The notes beneath the pieces are model-generated. The model did no database searches, was not told where the DNA came from, and saw only the letters and a program-made list of their open reading frames with translations. The position numbers were made by a program, and so were the translations under genes. From Pristiophorus japonicus (taxonomy: Eukaryota), in NCBI RefSeq assembly GCF_044704955.1, contig NC_091999.1, positions 16,120,001-16,184,000 of the forward strand: DNA of 64,000 nt, in the 5' to 3' direction. This document shows positions 48,555-60,940 of the stretch, piece after piece; positions within the stretch are counted from its first letter, which is position 1; every line of letters starts with the position of its first letter.

Positions 48555-51500
48555 TGCACTAGACCATTTCTCTGCTGAGATTACACGAGACCCTGTCCCT
48601 GCTTACATTATACTAGACCCTGTCTCTGTTTATATTACACTGGACCCTGTCCCTGCTTACATTACACTAGACCCTGTCTCTGTTTATATTACACGAGACC
48701 CTGTCCCTGTTTACATTACACTAGACCCTGTCTCTGTTTATATTACACGAGACCCTGTCTCTCTTTATATTACAATCGACGCTGTCTCTGTTTATATTAC
48801 ACTAGACCTAGTCACTGTTTACATTACATGCGACACTTCTCTGCACTAGACCCTATCTCTCTTTATTTTACACTAGACATTGTCTCTGTTTATAGTACAA
48901 CAGGCCCTGTTTCTGTTTATATTACACTAGAACCTGTCTCTGTTTATATTACCCTAGATAATGTCTCCGTTTATATTACACTAGACCCTGTCTCTGTTTA
49001 TATTACAATAGACCCTGTCTCAGTTTATAATACACTAGACCCTGTCTCTGCTTATATTACACTAGAGCCTCTCTCTGTTTATCTTGCACTTGACCCAGTC
49101 TCTATTTAAATCACTCTACGCGCTGGCTCAGTTATTAATGTATTGCAACTCATCTCTGCTTATATTAGGCCTTAGATCTCAGATGGAATATTATTGACAT
49201 TTTTGGGCACCACATTTCCATAACGATGTACAGACACTAGAAAGGCGACTGAAGAGGTTTAACGGGTTGTTACCAGGGATGAGGGGCTTCAATTAGAGAG
49301 TTCAAAAGTTATAACTGTTCTCCTTGTAACAGAGTAGTTTAATTAGCGAGCTAATAGATCTCTCCAACATGCCAGCTTGTTTTTATAATGTAGAGGAGAT
49401 ACGAGGGGACATGTCTTCACCGAGAGGGTGGTGGGGGTCTGAAACGCAATGCATGAAATATTGATAGAGGCTGGAATTCTCACCATATTTAAACGATACT
49501 TGGATGTTCAATTAACATGTCGTAACCTACAGGTGACAGAACACGAGCTGGAAAGTGGGATTAGGCAGGATAGCTCTTGGTCGGCTGACGCAGATACAAT
49601 GAACTGAAATGGCCTCCTTCAATGTTGTAAATTTCTAAGATTCTATGATATAGTGTGTCGGCTCTCACTAAGCAGAGGTCATAGATTTAAAAGCATTGGC
49701 AAAAGATCTAGAGCGGAGAAGAGCAGAATTTGTTTTCACTCAGATTCAGCAGATGTGCGATGGAACGAATGGCTTCCTTTATGCCGTAATTGTCTGTGAC
49801 ACTATGAAATCACAGCAGATTGTTTCTCAGTTATTACTCCACTACACCATGTCTCTGTTTATATTACACTAGACTCTGCCACTATTTATATTACATTAGA
49901 CCCTCTCTCTATTTATATTACGCTAGATCCTGTCTCAGTTTATATTACACTAGAGCCTGTCTCTGTTTATATCACACTCGACCCTGTCTCTGTTTATATT
50001 GCACTATACCCTGTCTATGTTTATATTACACTAGACCCTGTCTCTGCTTATGCTACACCAGATCCTCTCTCTGTATATAATATACTAGACCCTCAAAATA
50101 ACGGGCTGCCCATTTAACCTGAGATGAGGAGAAATTTCTTCTCTCAGAGGGCTGTAAATCTATGGAATTCTCTGCCACGGAGAGCTGTGGAGGCTAGGTC
50201 ATTGAATATATTGAAGGCGGAGATAGATCGATCTTTGAGCGATAAGGGAATAGATGGTATGGGGAGCGGGCAGGGAAGTGGGGCTGAGTCAATGATCAGG
50301 TCAGCAATGATCTTATCAAATGGCAGAGCAGGCTCGAAGGGACAGGCGGCCTACTCCTGTTTCTAGTTCTTATGTTTATATGTGCTTATTTTTATTACAC
50401 TATACCGTGTCTTTGTTTATATTACACAAGGTCCTGTCTCTCTTTAAATTATACTAGACCTTGTCCCTGAATTTATTACGTTAGGCCATCTCTGTTTATA
50501 ATAAACTCGACCCTCTCTCTGTTTATATTACACTAGACACTGTCTGTGTTTATATTGCACTAGGCCCTGTCTCTGTTTACATTACACTAGCCGCTGTCTC
50601 TGTTTCTACTACACGAGGACATGTCTCTGTTTATATTACGCTAGACTCTGTCGCTGTTTATATTACACGAGGCCCTGTCTCTGTTTATATTAAACTAGGC
50701 CCTGTCTCTTTTTATATTACACTAGACCCTGTCTCTGATTATATTACACTAGACCCTGTCCATGTTTATATTACCCTGGACCCTGTCTCTGTTTATATTT
50801 CACTAGATTATGTCCCTGTTTATTTTACCCTGGACCCTGTCTCTGTTTATATTACACTAGACCCTGTCCATGTTTATACTACACTAGACCGTGTCTCTGT
50901 TTATATTACACTAGACCCTGTCTCTGTTTATATTACACTAGACCCTGTCTCTGATTATATTACACTAGACCCTGTCCATGTTTATATTACACTAGACCGT
51001 GTCTCTGTTTATATCACACTAGACCCTGTCTCTGATTATATTACACTAGACCCTGTCCATGTTTATATTACACTAGACCACGTCTCTGTTTATATTACAC
51101 GAGACCCTGTCTCTGTTTATATTTCACTAGATTATGTCCCTGTTTATTTTACCCTGGACCCTGTCTCTGTTTATATTACACTAGACCCTGTCCATGTTTA
51201 TATTACACTAGACCGTGTCTCTGTTTATATTACAGTAGACCCTGTCTCTTTTTATATTACACTAGACCCTGTCTCTGATTATATTACACTAGACCCTGTC
51301 CATGTTTATATTACACTAGACCACGTCTCTGTTTATATTACACTAGACCCTGTCTCTCTTTATATTTCACTAGATTATGTCCCTGTTTATTTTACCCTGG
51401 ACCGTGTCTCTGTTTATATTACACTAGACCCTGTCCATGTTTATATTACACTAGACCGTGTCTCTGTTTATATTACACTAGATTATATCCCTGTTTATAT

Positions 51501-52025
51501 TACACTAGACCCTGTCTCTGTTTATATTACACTAGACCCTGTCTCTGTTTATATTACACTAGATTATGTCCCTGTTTATATTAGACTAGACCCTGTCTCT
51601 GTTTTTATTACACTAGGCCCTGTTGCTGTTTATATTACACTAGACCGTGTCTCTGTTTACATTACACTAGACCCTGCCTCAGTTTATAATACAATAGTCC
51701 CTGTCTCAGTTTATTTTACAGTAGACCCTGTCTCAGTTTATTTTACACTAGACCCTGTCCCTGTTTATGTTATGTTAGGCCTGTCTTTCTTTATATTACA
51801 CTACACCTTGTCTATTTTCGTATTACACTAGACCCTGTCTTTGTTTATATTACACTAGACACTGTCTCTGTTTAAACTACACAAGGCCCTGTCCCTGTTT
51901 ATATTACACGAGACCCTGCTGCTGTTTACATTACACTAGGCTCTGTCCCTGCTTATATTATACTATACCTTGTCTCTCTTTATATTGCACTAGACCCTGC
52001 CTATGTTATATTACACTAGACTCTG
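48555..52025 (+). repeat. 27-bp satellite arrays interrupted by CR1 3' fragments (49190-49640, 50095-50380)
   Basis: ctagaccctgtctctgtttatattaca; the most homogeneous block is 50500-51700. Confidence 0.93.
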
Positions 52026-53029
52026 TGAGGATGCAATACGTTTTTGGTTTGAAGTATATGTTTGTTTTGTTAACATCTAGCAAGAGCTATCTGAAATTTC
52101 TGCTTGATTTGGCATTGTTTCGTTAATATTTGTGTTGATAAGATGTGGTGACTTTTGTAACAATCTCCAAGAGATTGACTGGGATTGAGGAACAGGAGTG
52201 AAGGTGAGGAATAGTACACTGCACTTTGTACTACTTAGTGGCAATCTGTGTGTTAAAGGTTACTCATTCGCACGTGTGTTGTCCTGTGCCAATTCCTCCG
52301 AGTTCTTTAATGTTAAGGATTGTTTTTCCTGCAGTACTTGCTAGTTCGCTGTCACGTGACCCAATGATTATGTCAGGCAGAGCCTGGCAACTTGACCTCA
52401 CAGCACCGCCGGATGGGCGGCCGCGTGGTCCTAATATCCACCTGAAAAAATTCTCTCATCTCGTTAAGATGAACAGCTGAAAAGAGCACACACAAAGTTT
52501 TTGCTATATGTGTATGTGTATGTGCACGTGTGTGTGCACAAAACACATCATTCATTATGTGTGCATTCCACAAAGATAAATGGTTTGCTTCAACCATTAT
52601 TTTTCAGCATTTTATTATATTCAAAATGCAATTCCATGTCGTTTAATAACTTTAACATTTATTGATAACCCATTGTCCTGTATGCTCTTGTTTAGTAAGT
52701 GATGTCGCACTGACCATTCCGTTACCAAGGTGATCATATCTGTCGCTGTATTCAGTGGGAAAGGGGATTAAATCCCATTGAGGATAATGAGCAGCCCCCC
52801 GCTTTATTATCTAGTGATCACCTCACCGTCACACAGAAGTTCCTGAGATTTACCTCCACTGTGGATGATTAGTGTAAGTGTTCGTAAAAATGAAAATGCA
52901 CCTGTACCTGGCATGAGGTTAATACATTTGTAATTGTCTGATGTGTTGATTCTCTCGTTACACCAGACCCCGTCGCAGTTTTTACTGCACTAAACACAAT
53001 CTCAGTTTATATGGTTGATGTGTCTTGAT

Positions 53030-54155
53030 AATATCCTTGCTTCCAAAGTTGAAGCCCATAAAATAAAAAGAACAGTGGCAGCATGGATATGAAATTGGCT
53101 GAGTGACAGGAATCAGAGAGTAGTGTTCTTATTTATACTGTAGGAAGGTACACAGTGGTGTTCCGCTGTCTTTGGTAATAGGAACTCTGCTTATCTTGAT
53201 TTATATTCATGACGAAGATTTTGGTGTACGGGACACACTTTCAAAATGTTCATATCATTCAAAGCTTGGAGGCATAGTGAACAGTGAGGAGGATAGTGCT
53301 GACTGCAAGAGGACATAGCTATGCTGGTGGAATGTGTGGACACGTGGCAAATGAAACGGAGAACATATTGAAGTGATACATTTTTGTAGGAAGAACGCGG
53401 AGAGGGAAAATAAATGAAAGGGTACATTTCTAAAAGGCGTGATGAACAGAGAAACCTGGGGGTATGTTTGCACAAATTATCGAAGATGGCAGGACAGGTT
53501 GAGAAAGTGTTTTATAAAGCATGCGGAATCCTGGGCTTCATAAATAGAGGCCTAGAATACAAAAGCAAGGAAATTATGATGAACGTGTATAAAACACTGG
53601 TTAGGCCTCAACTGGAGTATTGTGTTCAATTCTGGGCACTGCACTTTAGGAAGGATGTGATGGTCTTAGAGAGGGGGCAGAAAAGATTTACGTGTTGTTC
53701 CGGGGATTAGACGCATCAGTTTTGTGGATAGACTGGAGAAGCTGGGATTGTTCTCCGTGGAGCAGAGAAGGTTGAGATCCGATTTGAGAGAGGTGTTCAG
53801 AATCATAAGGGGTGTAGACAGAATAGCTGGAGAGAAACTGTTCCCATTGCCGTAAGGGTCGAATACAGAGGACACAGATTTAAGGTGATTGGCAGAAGAA
53901 CCAAAGGCGACATGAGGAAAACGTTTTTACACAGCTAGTGGTTCGGATCTGGAATGCACTACCTGAAAGGGCGGTGGAGGCGGAGTCAATCATTGCATGA
54001 CAAAGGGAATTAGATAAGTACCTCAATGAATAAAATTCACAGGGCTATGGGAAAGGGCGGGGGAGTGGACTAGCTGAAATACTCTTGCAGAGAGCGGCAC
54101 GGGCTATATGGACCAAATGGCCCTCTTCTGTGCTATAACCATTCTATGATTCTAT
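53030..54155 (+). mobile_element. CR1 RT to 3' end, degraded
   Basis: WLSDR.QRV and YKTLVRPQLEYCVQFW motifs; (attctatg) tail. Confidence 0.88.
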
Positions 54156-54234
54156 AATATACAAGAACCTGTCTCAGTTATTACTATACTAGACCCTGTT
54201 GCTGTTTGTATTACCCCATCCACCACATTAAATA

Positions 54235-54630
54235 TTCACTACCTCCACCACCGGCGCACTATGTCTGCAGTGAGTATTATCTACAAGATGCATTGCAACA
54301 ACTCGTCAAGACTTATTCGACAGCACTTTCCAAACCTACGACCTCTTCCACCTGGATGGACAAGGGCAACGGGCTCATGGGAGCACCATCACCTCCACAT
54401 AACCCTCCAAATCACACACTATCTTAACTTGGAATTTATTGCCGATCCTTCATAATCGCTGGGTAAAATTCGTGGAACAGCCCCCCGTACACTGTGGGTG
54501 TACGTTCGCCACACGGGCTGCAGCGGTTCAAGGTGGCAGCTCACCACATGCTTTTCAAGGCAAATTAGGGAAGACAATCAATGTTGGCCTTGCCAGCGAC
54601 ACACACACCCACATGCCAGGAACCAATAAA
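54235..54630 (+). mobile_element. 3' end of another CR1-group LINE
   Basis: LHHRRT...IYKMHCNNSSRLIRQHFP-like ORF end followed by a 3' UTR ending in aataaa. Confidence 0.5.
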
Positions 54631-54904
54631 CTATGTCCCAGTATCAGTAATTACTGCACGAGCCAATACCTCAGTTATTACTGCACTAGAAACCCTAATA
54701 TTATACTAGGCCTTGTTTCAGATATTACTGGAGTATGCCATGCCATTGTTCCTAACTGAAGACCCTGTCTCTGCTTGCAGTAAATTAGACAATGACACTC
54801 TTTACATTACACTAGCTCCATTCTTTCATATTAATAAACTAGACCATGCCTCTGTTTATATTAGACTAGACCCTGTCTAAGATATTACTGCACTAATCTA
54901 TGTA

Positions 54905-55110
54905 AATCACAGGGCAGGTACAGCATGTGTCAGATACAGAGTAATGCTCCCTCTACAGCATTCCATCAATAAGTCCCAGGGCAGGTACAGCACGGGTTAG
55001 GTACAGAGCAAAGCTGTCTCTACACAGTCCCATTAAACACGCCCAGAGTTGGTAGAGCACGGGTTAGATACAGTGTAAAGATCCCTCTACATAGTCCCAT
55101 CAAAAACTGC
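54905..55110. repeat. 67-bp satellite, paralog of 46540-46895
   Basis: About 3 units. Confidence 0.85.
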
Positions 55111-55989
55111 CAGATCATTAAATGCACATATCACATTTTGGATTAAAGCTCCCTCTGCGCATTCTGATCAATTTGGTTCGAGGCATATCATTAGGGTTCA
55201 AGAAAAAGGTTTGTTAGATGTTGACATCAAGTTGTGGGGGAAAGCCAATTATCCATTCTTGAGAGACAAGACGGAAAGTGGAAATAGGAGAGAGAGAGGA
55301 TACGGGAAATCTCCACTGTCACATTTGTGATGCCACTATGTACGGTGATTAGAATCTTCCCCATTCTGTCCGTGGGGATCATCTTTACCTTATTCTCCTA
55401 TAATTTAGAGAAATGTACCAAAAAACAATTGTTGCTGGAATCTGTTGAGAGATTTGCATTTTTCTCTATCTTTATTTCTGTGCTGTGTTGGTGGGGAATC
55501 ATTTATTGTCTTTCTGTCGCTCAATACTCTAATCTGAGACTGCTATTTCCGTCCTTATTTACATAAACGTCTTACTGGTTCCCATGAAATGTTCATGGCA
55601 GCAAAATAAGATAAATAGACTCACTTATTGATTCTTTTCAACTCACAACAAGGGCTTATTTTAAGAATATTGACAGTTGGTACACAGATATATACATATC
55701 TCGAACAGTGACTTTGGCTTCAGTTTTTGTTCAATTAGAACAGGTGTGATTTATATCTAACGGAATAAATTTTAAAATTAATAATTCAGTTCTGAAAGTT
55801 CTGCTGCCATACTCAGTGTAACATCTCTGAACAGGCGGCTATTCCACTGGATCTCCATTTAGTGGAATATTTAATCCATTGAAACTTAATACGTTAAACC
55901 AGTGAGCAGAGGAGTGTCAGACAATCAGAGTAATATCTGAGTTTTTCACATATCACAAATTGTATTTTCCAATGTTGACATTTCGAAAC

Positions 55990-56320
55990 ACCTTGCATTT
56001 GTATAGCACCTTTCATGACCTCAAGTTGTCCCAAAGTCCTTAAAAGCCAATGAATTATTTCGGAAATGTGGTCACGGTTGTAATTTAGGAAACGTGGCAG
56101 CCAATTTGTGCACAGCAAGATCCCATAAACAGCAATGAAATAATGATCAGATAATCAATTTTTCAGATGTTGGTTGATGGATACATGTTTCCCTTGGAAA
56201 CTCTGGAGAACTCCTCTGCTCTTTAAGATAGTGCCATGAATCCTTTAAATCCACCTGAGTGGTAAAACGGGGCCTCAGTTTAATGTCTGCCCCAAAAGAC
56301 AGCACCTCTAATCGTGCAGC
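55990..56320 (-). mobile_element. DeuSINE 3' part (5' part at 59197-59315), split by a CR1 insertion
   Basis: The SINE core stops at gtgcagc and resumes at gcactgccacagtactg after the CR1. Confidence 0.75.
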
Positions 56321-59190
56321 ATAGAAAGATAGAAAGATAAAAGCATAGAAAATAGGTGCAGGAGTAGGCCATTCGGCCCTTCGAGCCTGCAACACCATTC
56401 AATGAGTTCATGGCTGAACATGCAACTACAGTACCCCATTCCTGCTTTCTCGCCATACCCCTTGATACCCCTAATAGTAAGGACTACATCTAACTCCTTT
56501 TTGAATATATTTACTGAATTGGCCTCAACAACTTTCTGTGGTAGAGAATTCCACAGGTTGACCACTCTCTGGGTGAAGAAGTTTCTCCTCATCTCGGTCC
56601 TAAATGGCTTACCCCTTATCTTTAGACTGTGACCCCTGGTTCTGGACTTTTCCAACATTGGGAACATTCTTCCTGCATCTAACCTGTCGAAACCCATCAG
56701 AATTTTAAAAGTTTCCATGAGATCCCCCCCTCATTCATCTGAACTCCAGTGAATACAAGCCCAGTTGATCCACTCTTTCTTGATAGGTCAGTCCCACCAT
56801 CCCAGGAATCAGTCTGGTGAACATTCGCTCCACTCCCTCAATAGCAAGAATGTCCTTCCTCAAGTTAGGAGACCAAAACTGTACACAATACTCCAGGTGT
56901 GGCCTCACCAAGGCCCTGTACAACTGTAGCAACTGCCCCAGTACTCAAATCCCCTCGCTATGAAGGCCAACATGCCATTTGCTTTCTTAACCGCCTGCTG
57001 TACCTGCATGCCAACCTTCAATGACTGATGTACCATGACACCCAGGTCTCGTTACACCTCCCCTTTTCCTAATCTGTCAACATTCAGATAATAGTCTGTC
57101 TCTCTGTTTTTACCACCAAAGTGGATAACCTCACATTTATCCATATTATACTTCATCTGCCATGTATTTGCCCACTCACCTAACCTATCCAAGTCCCTCT
57201 GCAGTCTCATGGCATCCTCCTCGCAACTCACACTGCCACCCAACTTAGTGACATCCGCAAATTTGGAGATACTTCATTTAATCCCCTCGTCCAAATCATT
57301 AATGTGCAATGTAAACAGCTGGGACCCCAGCACAGAACCTTGCGGTATCCCACTAGTCACTGCCTGCCATTCTGAAAAGTACCCATTTACTCCTACTCTT
57401 TGCTTCCTGTCTGACAAGCAGTTCTCAATCCATGTCAGCACACTACCCCCAATCCCATGTGCTTTAACTTTGCACATTAATCTCTTGTGTGGGACATTGT
57501 CGAAAGCCTTCTGAAAGTCGAAATATACCACATCAACTGGTTCTCCCTCGTCCACTCTACTGGAAACATCCTCAAAAAATTCGAGAAGATTTATCAAGCA
57601 TGATTTCCCTTTCATAAATCCATGCCAACTTGGACCTATCATGTCACCTATTTCCACATGCGCTGCTATGACATCCTAAATAATTTATTCCATCATTTTA
57701 CCCACTACTGTGGTCAGGCTGACCGGTCTATAATTCCCTGTTTTCTCTCTCCCTCCTTTTTTAAAAAGTGGGGTTACATTGGCTACACTCCACTCGATAG
57801 GAACTGATCCAGAGTCTATGGAATGTTGGTAAATGACTGTCAATGCATCCGCTATTTCCAAGGCCACCGTCGTAGGTCCTCTGGGATGCAGTCCATCAGG
57901 CCCTGGGATTTATCGGCCTTCAATCCCATCAATTTCCCCAACACAATTTCCCGACTAATAAGGATTTCCCTCGTTTCCTCCTTCTTACTAGACCCTCTGA
58001 CCCCTTTTATATCCGGAAGGTTGTTTGTGTCCTCCTTAGTGAATACCGAACCAAAGTACATATTCAATTGGTCTGCCATTTCTTTGTTCCCCGTTATGAC
58101 CTCCCCTGATTCTGACTGCAGGGGACCTACGTTTGTCTTTACTAATCTTTTTCTCTTTACATATCTATAGAAACTTTTGTAGTCCGTCATAATGTTCACT
58201 GCAAGCTTCCTTTCGTACTCTATTTTCCCTGCCCTAATCAAATCCTTTGTCCTCCTCTGCTGAGTTCTAAATTTCTCCCAGTCCCCAGGTTCACTGCTAT
58301 TTCTGGCCAATTTGTATGCCACTTCCTTGGCTTTAATATTATCCCTGATTTCCCTGATAGCCACGGTTCATCAACCTTCCCTTTTTTATTTTTACACCAG
58401 ACAGGGATGTACAATTGTCGTAGTTCATCCATGCGGTCTCTAAATGTCTGCCATTGCCCATCCACAGTCTACCCCTTAAGTATTATTCGCAAATCCATCC
58501 TAGCCAATTCACCCTCATATCTTCAAAGTTACCCTTCTTTAAGTCCTGGACCATGGACTCTGAATTAATTGTTTCATTCTCCATCCTAACGTAGAATTCC
58601 ATCATATTATGGTCACTCTTCCCCAAGGGGCTTCGCACAACGAGATTGCTAATTAATCCTCTCTCATTACATAAGACCCAGTCTAAGATGGCCTCCCCCC
58701 CTAGTTGGTTCCTCGACATATTGCTCTCGAAAACCATCCATTATGCACTCCAGGAAATCCTTCTCCACCGTATTGCTTCCAGTTTGGTTAGCCCAATCTA
58801 TATGCACATTAAAGTCACCCATGATAAATGCTGCACCTTTATTGCATGCACCCCTAATTTCCTGTTTGATGCGTTCCCCAACATCACTGCTACTGTTTGG
58901 AGGTCTGTACACAACTCGCACTAACGTTTTTTGCCCTTTGATGTTCTGCAGCTCTACCCATATATATTCCACATCATCCAAGCTGATGTCCTTCCTAACT
59001 ATTGCATTAATCTCCTCTTTAACCAGCAATGCTACCCCAGCTCCTTTTCCTTTTATTCTTTCCTTCCTGAATGTTGAATACCCATGGATGTTGAGTTCCC
59101 AGCCCTGATCATCCTGGAGCCACGTCTCCGTAATCACAATCATATCATATCCGTTAACATCTATTTGCACAGTTAATTCATCCACCTTAT
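56321..59190 (-). mobile_element. 5'-truncated CR1 (endonuclease-RT-3' tail)
   Basis: ORF2 motifs; (atagaaag)n tail; same subfamily as 336-3300. Confidence 0.95.
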
Positions 59191-60697
59191 TCATCCTGCA
59201 CTGCCACAGTACTGGCACCAGGCGTGTCGGTTTCGATTATCGGCTCAGCTCTCTCGAGCGGGGTTTAGTATCTGTGACCTTCTGAATCAGAGGCGAGAGT
59301 GATCCCACTGAGCCGAATCTTGAACATATCACAGCTTGTATTTTAAAATGCTGCCATTCAGCTCATCATGTCTGAAGTCCAGGGTCTGAGCCCAGTCTTA
59401 CACCGCTCCATTTATCATCAGGAGCGAGTTCTCTCATCTTGCCTGAGATATCATTACCACACTGTGATTTTCACTGTGTTCATATAAAAGTGTCAGTGAT
59501 TCCACAGGGAACATCTCGAAGTGCCCCAGGCAGAACGACTCACAGACTTAAGAGATTTATATTGTGTGAGCTGGATAATCAGAGCATCTGGAAGCTGGGA
59601 CTGTTCTCCTCAGAGCCGAGCAAGTTATGGGCCATTTAATAGAGGTATTCAAAATCAGGAAAAGTTTTGATCGGGTAAATTGGGAGATAATTCATCATTC
59701 CCTCTGACCACCCGCCTCTCCTTCTCTCCATTCCTTCATCACTCCATTTCTCTATCCCCCTCGCCCTCCATACCTGCCTCCATCAATCGCTCCCTCCTTG
59801 GACACACCTCTCCCTCCCTCCGTCCGCACTCCACCCATCCAATACACTACACCTCCCTTGCTCCACTCCTCCATTCCTCCATCGCTCCCTCCATCAATCG
59901 CTCACTCCGTGCACCCATCCCTACCTCCGTCTCAGTTTATATTAAACTCGACCATGTCTCTGTTTATATTACACTAGGCACTGCATCAGTTATTCCTGCC
60001 ATAGACCATGGCTGAAATATATTATATAAATGCCTGTCTCTCTTCATATTACATTAGATCTTGTCTAAACTATTAGTGCGCTGGACGCTGTCTGTATTTC
60101 TTATACTATCGACCCTGCTCAGTTATTTCAGCACTTGCACATGCGTCTGTTACATAGGCAGGAGATATACAGAGGGTTTGACAGATATTAATATAAATAA
60201 ATATGTATATATGTGTGGGTGTGAGGATGCAATACTTTTTTGTTTGGAAGTATATGCTTAGATTTGTTAACAGCTATCAGCACGTGTGTGCAATCTCTAA
60301 TTGATCTGTTATTATGACGGTAATAATTGTGTTGAAAGGATGAGTGAATCTTGTAACAATCTTCCAGTAATGGATTGGGATTGAGGGACAGGACGGAAGG
60401 TGAGCAATTCACTGCACTTTGAACTACTGGCAAAATCTGTGGGCTTGAGGTTACAAATTCACACTTGTGTTGTCCTGTGCCTATTTCTCCAAGTTCTTTA
60501 ACGTTAAGGATTGTTTTTCATCCAGTATTTGACGTGACCCACTGATTATGTAGGACAGAGCCTGGAACCGTGATCTCAGAGCACCGCCGGATGGGCGGCC
60601 ACAGTGTCCTAATATCGACCGGAAAATATGTTCTCACCTTGTGAAATGAACAACTGAAAAGAGAACACAAAAGTGTTTGGTATATGTTTATGTGTGT

Positions 60698-60830
60698 NNN
60701 NNNNNNNNNNNNNNNNNNNNNNNNNNNNNNNNNNNNNNNNNNNNNNNNNNNNNNNNNNNNNNNNNNNNNNNNNNNNNNNNNNNNNNNNNNNNNNNNNNNN
60801 NNNNNNNNNNNNNNNNNNNNNNNNNNNNNN
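60698..60830. other. Assembly gap
   Basis: Run of N at a TG-rich site. Confidence 1.
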
Positions 60831-60940
60831 AATGTCTGCAAGTGCACTCCACAAAGACAAATGATTAGCTTCAGCTAATATTTTTCAGCATTTTACTTCA
60901 TTCAAAATGCAATTGCAGGTCATTTAATAGCTTTAACATT

